Positions 1-9,804 of a DNA stretch of 57,829 bases are shown here, piece by piece. The stretch comes from a virus (Duplodnaviria; Caudoviricetes): the IMG/VR virus record IMGVR_UViG_3300001683_000002, positions 1 to 57,829 of that record; one strand, written 5' to 3'. Numbering within the stretch: the stretch's first letter is position 1; the number at the start of each line of letters is the position of its first letter. The translations under genes were made by a program, and so were the position numbers. Under the pieces are notes generated by a model. The model made no database searches and was not told where the DNA came from. It worked only from the letters and a program-made list of their open reading frames with translations.

Positions 1-91
1 AAGCTAGAAGAAGTATACCATACAGGCGAGAGACCATATGTGATAGGTTCATGTATATTAGAGTCCAATAGATCAATGCCTTCTAGTGTCT
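1..91. repeat. Terminal direct repeat, identical to 57739-57829 (circular assembly overlap)
   Basis: AAGCTAGAAGAAGTATACC...CCTTCTAGTGTCT occurs at both ends and the reading frame is continuous across the join. Confidence 0.97.
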
Positions 92-1230
92 GTGACCTGA
101 CGCGTGACGTACAGGCGGAAATCAATGACGTTACAAACCAACGAATGGACAACGTCAAGCTAGTACTGAATAAGCGGTACTTTGCTAAACGTGGCGCAAT
201 GGTAGATCTTAGATCACTTACACGCAATGTGTCCGGGTCAGTTACACTAATGAATGATCCTCAGACTGACGTGCATGTACAGAACACTCCAGATGTTACT
301 AGTTCTTCCTTTAGCGAGCAAGACAGATTAAACCTTGATTTTGATGATCTAGCAGGAACATTCTCTGGATCTAGTGTCCAGGCCAACAGAAGCTTGAACG
401 AGACAGTGGGTGGAATGAACCTTATGAGTCAGCAAGCAAACCAGCTTGGTGAGTACCAATTAAGAACATTCGTAGAGACATGGGTAGAGCCAGTGCTAAA
501 GCAGCTAGTTAACCTGGAGCTTAAATACGAAACAGACACTACCATACTTAACGTAGCAGGTAAGCAGTCAGAGACATTTATAGAGAACAAGCTGAATGAA
601 GTGACTGACGATATGCTAACTGGCGACATGATCGTAACAGTTAACGTTGGTACAGGAGCGAGTAACCCTCAAACACAGGTTGAACGTTTCTTCTATGGAC
701 TGAACTCATTAGCAGGCGTACTTGGTGAAGAGTTTATACAAAGTATTGATACTGAGGAAGTTATAGCGGAAGTCTTCGGTAAGCTAGGATATAAGGACGG
801 ACAGCGCTTCTTTAAGCAAGAAGAAGAAGGTGTTGATCCTAAGGTCGCAGAACTAGAGCAGATGGTTCAGCAGCTACAGCAGGAACTACAACAGAAGAGA
901 GATCCTGAAGAGCAAGCGGCTAAGATACGTAAACTAGATGCGGACACAGAGTACCGTAAAGCGGAAACAGTTAATAAGAGCGTTGAAGCAACATTCAGTG
1001 CAATGAGTAGTGCAGAGAAGATAGCAATGCAACCTCAAATTGTACCGATTGCTGACGACCTATTGTCAAGTTCTAATTATGAAGATCATAATGGGGCTCC
1101 AATAGCGAATGCTCCATTATCAGCCACAGCGGCGTATGAGCCTCAAGAACTAAATAACAACCCTATCACCCCACTTAATCCAGATCGTGGCTTACAGGAA
1201 GGTATGATGGCCGTAGAGGATGACATTTAA
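1..1230 (+). CDS. Portal protein, C-terminal part
   Basis: Frame 1 is open from base 1 (KLEEVYHTGERPYVIG...); DVQAEINDVTNQRMDNVKL and ETVGGMNL motifs; Q-rich coiled-coil tail. Confidence 0.8.
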   Translation, partial: KLEEVYHTGERPYVIGSCILESNRSMPSSVCDLTRDVQAEINDVTNQRMDNVKLVLNKRYFAKRGAMVDLRSLTRNVSGSVTLMNDPQTDVHVQNTPDVTSSSFSEQDRLNLDFDDLAGTFSGSSVQANRSLNETVGGMNLMSQQANQLGEYQLRTFVETWVEPVLKQLVNLELKYETDTTILNVAGKQSETFIENKLNEVTDDMLTGDMIVTVNVGTGASNPQTQVERFFYGLNSLAGVLGEEFIQSIDTEEVIAEVFGKLGYKDGQRFFKQEEEGVDPKVAELEQMVQQLQQELQQKRDPEEQAAKIRKLDADTEYRKAETVNKSVEATFSAMSSAEKIAMQPQIVPIADDLLSSSNYEDHNGAPIANAPLSATAAYEPQELNNNPITPLNPDRGLQEGMMAVEDDI

Positions 1231-1337
1231 TGTCTGATGGAGGCAAGGGAAGTACACAACGACCTACTGACCAGGAGAAGTACAATGACGCCTGGGAACG
1301 TATATGGGGAAAGAATAAGAAAGAGGACAATAAATGA
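1230..1337 (+). CDS. 35-aa small phage protein (MSDGGKGSTQRPTDQEKYNDAWERIWGK...)
   Basis: TAATG and ATGA coupling to its neighbours; GKGS-x-x-RP...W-x-RI pattern resembles a common small phage protein; below the ORF-track cutoff. Confidence 0.65.
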   Translation: MSDGGKGSTQRPTDQEKYNDAWERIWGKNKKEDNK

Positions 1338-1603
1338 CAGACTTATTAGCAGAAGCGCAATTAGGCGTGGAAGCAGAGCTATTTAAGGTATCAGCTTTAG
1401 GCCGGTACATGAATGACAACGCAGTTAGTGAGATTATCGAGGCTAGCAATGAGCTATGCACCGTTGATCCAACTGACACTAAGTTAATTACTTCACTCCA
1501 GAACAAGGTTTACCGTGCTAATTCTTTCCTGATGTGGATTGAGTCAGCCATAGAGAGCGGCAACTTTGCAGTGGACACAGTAAGAGACGAACACAATTTT
1601 TAG
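1334..1603 (+). CDS. Hypothetical protein between portal and scaffold
   Basis: 89-aa ORF, GAGG RBS, typical head-module position. Confidence 0.75.
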   Translation: MTDLLAEAQLGVEAELFKVSALGRYMNDNAVSEIIEASNELCTVDPTDTKLITSLQNKVYRANSFLMWIESAIESGNFAVDTVRDEHNF

Positions 1604-1625
1604 ATAACAACAAAGGAAATAGATT

Positions 1626-2636
1626 ATGACTGACGAAACCATCGTATCAGACGTTTCAGACGAAGTATCAGAAGAACTTGTAGAAGAAGCAGTAGAAACA
1701 GTAGAAGAAACCGAACAACCTAGAGATCATAGACAGGATGCCATCGAAGCACTTGTCAATGGTCGTATAGACGAACTAAAGGAAGAGGTCGGAGAAGTAG
1801 CCTCTAAAGATGTAGAGGAAATAGAACAGGAAGAAGTTAAAGAGGATGCGGCTGAAGAGCCTACAGAATCGGAGACTGAGCCTGAACCAGAAAAAGAACA
1901 GGAAGTTATTGTTAAGATCGATGGAGAGGAGATATCGTTACCCTTATCAAAGCTAGTTAAGGGCTACCAGAAAGAAGCGTCGGGTGACAGGAAGTTAAAA
2001 CAGGCTGCGGATGAACGCCTTGAGATAGACCGACTACGAGCAGAAATGTTCAAAGCACCACCAGCGGAAGCTACACCAGTAGAACCCAAGCAAGAAGAGC
2101 AACAGCTACCTGATGAAGGCGCTGAAGCAAGTCTAGCGGAAAAAATTAGAGATTTGTATGATGATATCTCTGTTGGTTCTGATAGTGAAGTGATCGCAGC
2201 AAATAAAGAGTTACAATCTCTGCTAAGCGGACGCGGAACAGATGCTCCCGCCATCCAAACTGAAGACATAGTGTCACAAGCAGCACAGCAAGTACATTTA
2301 AAAATGGAGTATGACCTCGCGCACACTCAATTTGCTGATGAGTATCAAGATATCGTAAATGATCCCACGCTACTTAATATGGCGACAAACGTACTAAATG
2401 AGCAGATACCTAACTCAAGAACGTACAGTGAAGCATTTAAGAAGGCAGGTGATCAAATACGTGAATGGAAGAACGGACTAACGGCTAAGCAGGACGTGAG
2501 CGAAGATAAGCTGGAGTTGAAGCGGCAGTTACAGAAAGAACCTGTACGAGCTTCAGGACGAGCGGAACGAGCACCACGTAAGACTGAGTCTGTGTCTGAT
2601 ATAATAAATAGCATGCGGTCGAGTCGCGGACAGTGA
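1626..2636 (+). CDS. Capsid scaffolding protein
   Basis: Very acidic N-terminus, VKIDGEEISLPLSKLVKGYQK..D.K motif, basic C-terminus, directly upstream of the capsid gene. Confidence 0.8.
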   Translation: MTDETIVSDVSDEVSEELVEEAVETVEETEQPRDHRQDAIEALVNGRIDELKEEVGEVASKDVEEIEQEEVKEDAAEEPTESETEPEPEKEQEVIVKIDGEEISLPLSKLVKGYQKEASGDRKLKQAADERLEIDRLRAEMFKAPPAEATPVEPKQEEQQLPDEGAEASLAEKIRDLYDDISVGSDSEVIAANKELQSLLSGRGTDAPAIQTEDIVSQAAQQVHLKMEYDLAHTQFADEYQDIVNDPTLLNMATNVLNEQIPNSRTYSEAFKKAGDQIREWKNGLTAKQDVSEDKLELKRQLQKEPVRASGRAERAPRKTESVSDIINSMRSSRGQ

Positions 2637-2690
2637 CATCCGGATGCAAACTCGCGCAATATAGCGCAAAAACCTTAGCGGAGAAATAAG

Positions 2691-3635
2691 ATGGCTGGTC
2701 AAGTATGGGGAACCAATTCACTTGGTGGATATATGTACAGTTTAAACCTTTCTAAAGAGTTGCGCCAGGCAGTGCAACCTATGGTAAAGTTTAGACAGTT
2801 TTGCGACGTAAAAGACGCGACACAACAAGGTAAAAAGAAAGGCGATACATTTAACTGGAACGTATACTCTGATGTTGATACACAGGGTGCAGCGTTAACA
2901 GAGAACGTAAGTATGCCTGAGACTAACTTTAACATCACACAGGGAAGCTTAACTATTACTGAATACGGTAACAGTGTTCCTTTTAGTGAGAAGCTAGACA
3001 ACTTGTCTGAGCATTCAGTTAGAGAAGTAATTAACAAAGTATTAAAGAACGATGCAAAGAAGTTATTCGATATTGCAGCACACGCTCAATTTGATGCAAC
3101 TCCTTTAACAGTAACTCCAACACTTGGAAACTCTCCAGACTCAGTAACACTTGAGACTGCGGGTCAATCTACTATTATTAACTCTATTGCAATGGGTAAA
3201 GACCATGTAAAAGCAATTAGTGACATTATGAAGGAACGTAACATCCCTACATATGCTAATGATGATTACTACTGTATCGCTCACCCTTCAACATTCAGAA
3301 GCTTCAAGAACGATCTAGAAACTATTCATCAGTACACTGATCCTGGTTTTCAGAAGATCATGAATGGCGAGATCGGACGTTATGAAGGTATGCGTTTTAT
3401 CGAGCAAACAAACATTGCGAAAGAGGCATGGACTGGTGGTTTATCTAACCAGGCATACTTCTTTGGTGAAGATACTGTTGCTGAAGCAATAGCATGTCCT
3501 GAAGAAGTTCGTGGTAAAATACCTACTGATTACGGTCGCTCTAAAGGTATCGCATGGTACTACTTAGGTGGATTTGGATTAGTACACGCTGATGCTGCTC
3601 AAGCACGTATCGTAAAATGGGATAGCTTATCTTGA
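2691..3635 (+). CDS. Major capsid protein (N4-gp56-like family)
   Basis: 314 aa; FRQFCDVK, G.TFNWN.Y, EYGNSV, GEIGRYEGMRFIE and DYGRSKGIAWY motifs; GGAG RBS; followed by a terminator. Confidence 0.88.
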   Translation: MAGQVWGTNSLGGYMYSLNLSKELRQAVQPMVKFRQFCDVKDATQQGKKKGDTFNWNVYSDVDTQGAALTENVSMPETNFNITQGSLTITEYGNSVPFSEKLDNLSEHSVREVINKVLKNDAKKLFDIAAHAQFDATPLTVTPTLGNSPDSVTLETAGQSTIINSIAMGKDHVKAISDIMKERNIPTYANDDYYCIAHPSTFRSFKNDLETIHQYTDPGFQKIMNGEIGRYEGMRFIEQTNIAKEAWTGGLSNQAYFFGEDTVAEAIACPEEVRGKIPTDYGRSKGIAWYYLGGFGLVHADAAQARIVKWDSLS

Positions 3636-3652
3636 TCTAACCCCTAACAATT

Positions 3653-3678
3653 AGAGGGCGTAACAGCCCTCTTCTTTT
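3653..3678 (+). terminator. Intrinsic terminator after the major capsid gene
   Basis: AGAGGGC-gtaaca-GCCCTCT hairpin followed by TCTTTT. Confidence 0.65.
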
Positions 3679-3694
3679 ACTTAAGGAGTAGAAA

Positions 3695-3874
3695 ATGGCG
3701 AAATATCATTTAGATAACGCGTACGGTACGACCTTACCAGATGTCGAGAGAGGACACTCAAATGAGAGTGTTGCTAAAGAATCAGAGCTTGACACATGGT
3801 ATAAGGCTGAGAAAAATGAAATTGACTACGAGAACACAGGTTTCGTAGGTCGAGCAACAGGAGATGAACGATGA
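3695..3874 (+). CDS. 59-aa hypothetical protein (MAKYHLDNAYG...)
   Basis: AAGGAG RBS; ATGA overlap with 3871; not in the ORF track. Confidence 0.7.
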   Translation: MAKYHLDNAYGTTLPDVERGHSNESVAKESELDTWYKAEKNEIDYENTGFVGRATGDER

Positions 3875-4062
3875 GTACTGAAGCAAGATATGTACCTACT
3901 GGTGAGCTACAGGGTGATGATCGCCCAATAACTGACCACGGTAACTCTAAGTCTGGTAATATGAATGGCTCTCTAGGGAAAGCTAGCAAATCAGATTTGG
4001 ATAAAGGGTTCCATGCTGAAGGTAAGCTAGGGGATACAGGATCTGACGAGGGGTTCGCATAA
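3871..4062 (+). CDS. Hypothetical protein
   Basis: AGGAG RBS, coupled to both neighbours. Confidence 0.65.
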   Translation: MSTEARYVPTGELQGDDRPITDHGNSKSGNMNGSLGKASKSDLDKGFHAEGKLGDTGSDEGFA

Positions 4063-4262
4063 TGTTAGATAAAAACAAACCATTCGGGGAAGTGTACGGA
4101 CAGTCCGAAACAGCCTTTGAGCAAGATGGTGTGTTGTTTAATCTGCAAGGCGAAGAGCTTAATGCTCCGAAGAAAGAAGCCCCAAAAGTGGTGAAGAAGC
4201 CTAAGGATGTTGTTGTTAATGAAACACCAGCAAGACGCAAACCAAATAAATCGGTGAAATAA
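4062..4262 (+). CDS. Hypothetical protein
   Basis: TAATG coupling; K/P-rich tail. Confidence 0.65.
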   Translation: MLDKNKPFGEVYGQSETAFEQDGVLFNLQGEELNAPKKEAPKVVKKPKDVVVNETPARRKPNKSVK

Positions 4263-4910
4263 ATGTTAGTTGATGAGCTTATTACAGAATGCAGGGTCAG
4301 ACTTGATGATGCGGTAGCTCCTTACCTACAACCTACTGATGACTTGATAAGATGGATAAACGAGGCACAGCATGAAGCATGTAGACGTGCGAGAATACTA
4401 TCAGACGCAAGAGCAAAGGTAAATGTTGTAGCAGGACGTGCAACGTATAACAACCCTGGTAAGACAATACAGATAAGACGAGCCAGGCTTCTCCTAGATG
4501 AATTGCCTTTGGTGTTCACTGGATCTAGGGATATGGACGAAGATGTGCCAGGATGGGAAAACCATACAGGAACACCTACGGATGTAATTACAGATCTATC
4601 TAGTGATAAGTTCACTCTATATCCAATTCCAATTGTATCAGATACGCTGATGATGACTATTATCAAAGAACCTGATGATATCACTGACGAGGACGACACC
4701 TTACAAATACCATCAAGGTTTCATTATTCGTTAGTAGACTACGTGCTCTTCAGAGCTTATAGTGTCGCAGAGAAAGATATGGGAGATAAGCAGAAGGCAG
4801 CAGACAGTCTTGCATTATTTGAGCAAGAGTTTGGTACCAGGAGCTCAGCTAAAGATGAAGTATTCAATATTAGGCAGATGCCCTATAACAATTCAGATGG
4901 TTATTATTAA
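4263..4910 (+). CDS. Head-tail adaptor/connector-like virion protein
   Basis: L..WINEAQ.E.CRR, LYP.P and IP.RFH..LVDY..FRAY motifs typical of podovirus adaptor proteins; position after the capsid gene. Confidence 0.7.
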   Translation: MLVDELITECRVRLDDAVAPYLQPTDDLIRWINEAQHEACRRARILSDARAKVNVVAGRATYNNPGKTIQIRRARLLLDELPLVFTGSRDMDEDVPGWENHTGTPTDVITDLSSDKFTLYPIPIVSDTLMMTIIKEPDDITDEDDTLQIPSRFHYSLVDYVLFRAYSVAEKDMGDKQKAADSLALFEQEFGTRSSAKDEVFNIRQMPYNNSDGYY

Positions 4911-4918
4911 TATATAAG

Positions 4919-5101
4919 GTGATTAAAATGAAAAAAGGTGATGAGGTTCGTATCATTATGCCTAATCTAGTTGGCGTAGTAACCAAGGTAGAGTGGGACG
5001 AGGACGCTGACGAGAAGAGACTGAGAGTAGATTTCTCAGGGTCTGAAGGTACTGTGAGCGAAAAGTGGGTAAGAGAAAGTAACTTGGAGTCAATATCATG
5101 A
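4919..5101 (+). CDS. Small SH3/KOW-like hypothetical protein (start may be 4928)
   Basis: KKGDEVRI...GVVTKV beta-rich pattern. Confidence 0.55.
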   Translation: MIKMKKGDEVRIIMPNLVGVVTKVEWDEDADEKRLRVDFSGSEGTVSEKWVRESNLESIS

Positions 5102-5652
5102 TGGGTGATAAACTAAAGGTCAAAGAAAGTCTAGGCTTATCGGTTGGCAAAAAAAATGGGATCAGCGAAAGCTGTGACGCACAAGGTCATTACGGCATAA
5201 CATGTACTGGTGCTGATGGCGAAGTTAAATGGACTGAGGGAATAGAGAACCTAGTAACAACTGAGGGCAAGAATAAGCTCTTGGATATATTCTTTGAAAC
5301 TCCTGCTTATACTGCTGCTTGGTACATGGGTCTACAGAACGGTGCTGCTGCTACTGTAGCTAGTACATACGCTGTACCTATAGTAACTGAAGTGACTACC
5401 TACGATGAAGTAACTAGACAAGTGGTAGCGTTTAGCGCGGCTACAGCTGGTAGTATATCGACGGCAGCTCCAGTAACATTTTCAATTAACGCAAGTGTCA
5501 CTATTAACGGTGTAATGCTAGCAACATTCGCAACTAAAGGCGATGTAGCTGAAGTAGGCGCATTCTTGTACTCAGCTGGTGATTTTACTGGTGGAGCAAA
5601 GGTTGTTGCCGCTGGTGATACATTAAACGTTACTTATACAGCTAGCCTATAG
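5098..5652 (+). CDS. Virion structural protein (tail/fibre-associated)
   Basis: NLVTTEGKN.LL, Y...RQ.V.F and GDTLNVTYT motifs of beta-rich tail structural proteins. Confidence 0.65.
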   Translation: MMGDKLKVKESLGLSVGKKNGISESCDAQGHYGITCTGADGEVKWTEGIENLVTTEGKNKLLDIFFETPAYTAAWYMGLQNGAAATVASTYAVPIVTEVTTYDEVTRQVVAFSAATAGSISTAAPVTFSINASVTINGVMLATFATKGDVAEVGAFLYSAGDFTGGAKVVAAGDTLNVTYTASL

Positions 5653-5723
5653 AGGGTAGGTAGCTCAAGTAGATAGACCGCAGCCAGGGATAGCAAGCGG
5701 TCAATCCTACACAGGAGGTATAT

Positions 5724-5846
5724 ATGGCAATTACCAGGCTAGTATTAGTAGCATCAATTGCTTCTTCTGTCGCAGCATACTTTATAGGAGCCGGTTACGC
5801 GGCACTTTGGTTGCTATGGTATTACAGCGCTAACATTAAAGAATAG
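5724..5846 (+). CDS. 40-aa hydrophobic membrane microprotein
   Basis: AGGAGG RBS; MAITRLVLVASIASSVAAYFIGAGYAALWLLWYYSANIKE. Confidence 0.55.
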   Translation: MAITRLVLVASIASSVAAYFIGAGYAALWLLWYYSANIKE

Positions 5847-5893
5847 CATAATACCTATACTCAAAAACACATACCATACATAAGGTCAAAAAA

Positions 5894-7828
5894 ATGCAAA
5901 TATTAAGAGCGGACACGATAACAGAAGTTACTATAGGATGTGCAATCTCAGTGGCTGACTCCTTTACCCCTGTGACAACTTTGTCTATAGCAGGAGCAGA
6001 CGAGGCTGAAATTATTAAGCATGGAGCTACTACAACAACACCAATAACAGGAACATTATCGGCAATTACTGGAGCAGATGGATACTATGCCCTGGACTTA
6101 TCTGCAATAGATACAGACACTGAGGGTAGGTTTACGATATTGATTAACGATGATAGCCTTATCTTGCCAGTTAAACACCAATTCATGGTGGTAAGCGCTA
6201 ACGTGTACGACTCATTATACGCACCAGCTACAACAGATTACCTACAGACAGATGCCGTACAGATAAGCAGTGACACACTTGCTGCTGATAACCTAGAGGC
6301 AACCTTCGACGGAACGGGGTATGTTGACGCTAAAGCACCAGGCACACAGCACACGTTAGGGATGTTGTCCGTAGGCTCTGCTGGTATCGCAATTAACGCT
6401 GCGTCGTTTACTAAGACAGTTGGTGGCGCAGAAACAGGATCAATCGCATCCACTACATCAGCTGATGGTGTATTCCATACAGTGGAAGATCTAGCTGGAA
6501 ATACTGATATCTACTATGAATTTGTACTACAAGGTGATGAGGTCGCAACGGATCTATACTGGGAAGGGTACGCTAGAAAGAAAGACGATGACTATGGGGT
6601 ATTCTCATGGGATTGGATCGCTGCCTCATGGGTGCAGCTTGGAGAGATAGAAGGAAAGAATGGTACTGGGATAATGACAGAAACGTTTACTCCAGTCTTG
6701 TCGATGACGGGAACAGGGGCTGATCTTGGTAAAGTTCGATTTAGGTTTCAATCAACTAATGGAACAGATTTTGCAACAGACAGAATTTATTGCGAATACA
6801 CTGTGGTTAGTAGGACAGTAGGGTATTCAAACGGTGCTATCTGGATTGATACGAATGATGGCGTTGCCGGTACAGAGATATACGTTAATGGTGTTGCTGA
6901 TAACCCTGTTAACACACTTGCTGACGCACTTACTCTAAGTACAAATGGCGGGTTAAAGCACTTTACTGTCACTCCTGGTAGCGTCATAACGTTAACAGCT
7001 GGAGTTGCTGGTAAGGTTTTTGATGGAGAAGGGTATCAACTTGCCTTAGCTGGGCAGGATATATCTAATTGTCACGTTTCACACGCACATGCAATCTCTG
7101 GCACTGCTACTGCAACTGCTGTATGGATGATTGATCACGGCATATTCATGGACGTTACTATCCCTGCAGGTGGATACATCCACCAAAGCGCTATGAAGGG
7201 AGTTGTAACTCTTGGAGAGCCTGGAGCATTCCATTTACACGGATGTTACGCTGATAGTGATTCTGGTATGACTCTTGACTTCGCTGTCGTGGGTAATGTC
7301 ACTTTGTATATTCATCAGTGGGACGGGAAAATAACTTTCGCTAACATGTCTACCGGTGATAATGTTCATATTGCTGGTGCTGGCCAAATAATAACGACTA
7401 ATTGTAGTGGAGGACATATCCATGTACAGGGTGAATTTAGATATACTGATGCAGGTGGTAATATAATGCTGCTGCAGTCCGACGCGAAGGATTCACTTGA
7501 CGATGTACAGACTAAGGTGATTGACGTACAGACTCGTATACCGACAGCTGCTGAACTAACCTATATGGTCGATAACTCAGCAACTGGAACTCCTGTGACA
7601 TTCACGACAGCAGGGGGCGGCATAACAACAGCTGTATTAAACCTTGTTGATGGGGCAGCGGCTTCAGCGGTTGACGAGCAATATACTGGACGACTACTAG
7701 TGTTTACAGATGGAACCTTGAAGGGTGTCGTAACAGATATCACTAGCTATACTGGCGGCACTACAACAGCAACCATAACAGGAATACCGACCGCGCCATT
7801 GACATCGCACAACGCAAGGATGATATAA
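5894..7828 (+). CDS. Tail fibre/spike-like virion protein
   Basis: 644 aa, G/T/A/D-rich; central segment with beta-helix-like periodicity; NG.ADNPVNTLADA motif; tail-module context. Confidence 0.6.
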   Translation: MQILRADTITEVTIGCAISVADSFTPVTTLSIAGADEAEIIKHGATTTTPITGTLSAITGADGYYALDLSAIDTDTEGRFTILINDDSLILPVKHQFMVVSANVYDSLYAPATTDYLQTDAVQISSDTLAADNLEATFDGTGYVDAKAPGTQHTLGMLSVGSAGIAINAASFTKTVGGAETGSIASTTSADGVFHTVEDLAGNTDIYYEFVLQGDEVATDLYWEGYARKKDDDYGVFSWDWIAASWVQLGEIEGKNGTGIMTETFTPVLSMTGTGADLGKVRFRFQSTNGTDFATDRIYCEYTVVSRTVGYSNGAIWIDTNDGVAGTEIYVNGVADNPVNTLADALTLSTNGGLKHFTVTPGSVITLTAGVAGKVFDGEGYQLALAGQDISNCHVSHAHAISGTATATAVWMIDHGIFMDVTIPAGGYIHQSAMKGVVTLGEPGAFHLHGCYADSDSGMTLDFAVVGNVTLYIHQWDGKITFANMSTGDNVHIAGAGQIITTNCSGGHIHVQGEFRYTDAGGNIMLLQSDAKDSLDDVQTKVIDVQTRIPTAAELTYMVDNSATGTPVTFTTAGGGITTAVLNLVDGAAASAVDEQYTGRLLVFTDGTLKGVVTDITSYTGGTTTATITGIPTAPLTSHNARMI

Positions 7829-7829
7829 C

Positions 7830-8828
7830 ATGGCTCTCTCAGGCTCTCAGAAAACCAGGCTCAGACTGTCTACCTTCGGGGTAGGCATCTCGACCACGTC
7901 TGGCATAGATTTTGAGGTTGGCTATGCGGATACTGCTAACGCGTCAGATCTATCGATTAACGCAACGGTAGACTACGTAGTCAGCCTCTTTGATGATCTT
8001 ACGGCGGGAACATTTGGAATAGACGAAGAATTTTCTGCGGCTCAAGAAGCTAATGCACTAGAGGCTACAGTAGCACTAAGTCAAGACACTGCAGACGTTC
8101 ACTTACAAGCTAATGCACTAGAGGTTACAATAGCACTAAGTCAAGGCGACGCAGACGCTCAGATCTCATTCGCACCATCATATACAATAGTTTCAACTTT
8201 ATATCCACAATATTTTTCAGACACAGCGGTGAACTCTGCTGCCACAGGGATAGGTAGCGCAACAGTTACTACTGTAGCAATTAGAGATTCATTTAGCGAG
8301 ATAGTTATAGATGGTAGTGTAACGGGTATTAGTAGCGTTATTGTAACGCCACCACATGATTCAAGTAATCATCCAGATCCAGTTGTGACAGCCGGGGTAA
8401 CAGGTATTGATAGCGCTGTAGTGACTACCATAGTAATTAGAGACTCATTTAGCGAGCCTGCTCCTACTGGTAGTGTAACAGGTATTGATAGCGCCGTAGT
8501 GACCACTGTAGTAATTAACGACTCATTTAGCGAGCCAGCCATAACTGGTAGTGTAACGGGTGTAGGTAGTGTTATAATAACACCTCCACATGATCCAGGT
8601 AATCATCCTGATCCAGTGACAACTGGTAGCGTAACAGGGATTGATAGTGCCGTAGTTACTACCGTCATAGTTAGGAATTTATTTAGCGAGCCAGCGACAA
8701 CTGGTAACGTAACAGGTATTGACAGTGCTGGAGTGACCACTGTAGTAATTAGAGATTCATTTGGCGAACCAGGTGCAACTGGTAGTGTAACAGGTATTGA
8801 CAGTGTTATAATAACCCCAACCCCATAA
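7830..8828 (+). CDS. Repeat-rich virion protein
   Basis: Two 20-aa repeats and eight 26-aa GSVTGIDS repeats. Confidence 0.65.
   Translation: MALSGSQKTRLRLSTFGVGISTTSGIDFEVGYADTANASDLSINATVDYVVSLFDDLTAGTFGIDEEFSAAQEANALEATVALSQDTADVHLQANALEVTIALSQGDADAQISFAPSYTIVSTLYPQYFSDTAVNSAATGIGSATVTTVAIRDSFSEIVIDGSVTGISSVIVTPPHDSSNHPDPVVTAGVTGIDSAVVTTIVIRDSFSEPAPTGSVTGIDSAVVTTVVINDSFSEPAITGSVTGVGSVIITPPHDPGNHPDPVTTGSVTGIDSAVVTTVIVRNLFSEPATTGNVTGIDSAGVTTVVIRDSFGEPGATGSVTGIDSVIITPTP
8047..8166 (+). repeat. 60-bp tandem duplication
   Basis: AAGCTAATGCACTAGAGG(C/T)TACA(G/A)TAGCACTAAGTCAAG at 8048 and 8108. Confidence 0.85.
8235..8825 (+). repeat. About eight 78-bp (26-aa) coding repeats in A-B-A-A-B-A-A-B order
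   Basis: GGTAGTGTAACAGGTATTGA-like unit heads; A units end in RDSFSEP, B units in TPPHD..NHPDP. Confidence 0.85.
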
Positions 8829-8844
8829 TTAATAAGGATACATC

Positions 8845-9804
8845 ATGTTTAAAACACCAAAAGTAGGAATTAGCGGAAAATTCAAAGCGGAAGTGCTCCG
8901 CGACGGCAAGGTCATAAATACCGTAGAGAGTAGTAATGTGGTGTTATCACAGTACCTCACTAATACAGCGCTATTAGCAGCCGGCACTAACCTTCAAGTA
9001 GGCATAGGTACTACTCCACCTACGATAACTGATACAGCTCTAGTGAACCGCGTAGGGTCTGTCCAAACCTTTGTATCGTGGATTCAGGAGGCCGGTACGT
9101 TGACTGGTTCTGTATTTACTGACTCTTCATCAAAACTATTCACCTTTACCTTGGGGACTATCGTAGGTGATCTTACTGAACTGGGCTTATCTTCGGCTGC
9201 TACTTCTGGATTACAGACCAGGTCATTATTTGTAGATGAACTTGATGTACCAACTACTCTTACTGTGACCGCACAAGATCAGTTAGTCGTAACCTATACA
9301 GTATCAAAAGCTTACTCAATGACTCCTGTATCAGGATCAGTGACTGTGGGTGGTAGTGCAGTTGCTTACACAATTTCACCTATGATATCCTCTTTCGGAC
9401 TTGGTGGTTTACAAGCACAGTACTTAAATGAAGTATTCCCAACCTCAAGAATTTCATTTTTTGGTGAGGATAATGTATATACTGTAGATCCTGTAACATT
9501 TGTACTATCTGCAGCAGCAGGTGGATCACTTCCGCCAGCCGTTCCTAATTTTGTTAGCACCCTAAGCAAGGTGGTAGTAGGCAATGTAGCAACAGTATCT
9601 CAGGTATACACGGTTTTACCAGAACAAGGTAACGCACCAGGTGGTGTGATCAAACAGGCGATAACGGGGTCAACACAGAGCGGTAACGCGTTTAGCACCG
9701 GACATGCCTACTATTTAATCAACTTTCCGGGGCCAAATTTCATAACCAAGACCGCTGACGATAGTATGGATCTTGTCTTACTAGAGACGATTGATCAGTC
9801 ATGA
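8845..9804 (+). CDS. Virion structural protein
   Basis: VGIGTTPPTITDTAL and LTELGL...QTRSL motifs of tail structural proteins. Confidence 0.6.
   Translation: MFKTPKVGISGKFKAEVLRDGKVINTVESSNVVLSQYLTNTALLAAGTNLQVGIGTTPPTITDTALVNRVGSVQTFVSWIQEAGTLTGSVFTDSSSKLFTFTLGTIVGDLTELGLSSAATSGLQTRSLFVDELDVPTTLTVTAQDQLVVTYTVSKAYSMTPVSGSVTVGGSAVAYTISPMISSFGLGGLQAQYLNEVFPTSRISFFGEDNVYTVDPVTFVLSAAAGGSLPPAVPNFVSTLSKVVVGNVATVSQVYTVLPEQGNAPGGVIKQAITGSTQSGNAFSTGHAYYLINFPGPNFITKTADDSMDLVLLETIDQS

Noticed and set aside
1-91. Biological terminal repeat or att site
   Set aside because: It lies mid-portal gene with the frame continuous across the join; best explained as assembler overlap of a circularly permuted genome
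5654-5712. Functional tRNA gene
   Set aside because: Only 59 nt, with no proper anticodon or T arm and no CCA; kept only as a possible remnant
8235-8825. CRISPR array
   Set aside because: Repeats are degenerate, in frame at a 78-bp period, and lack unique spacers
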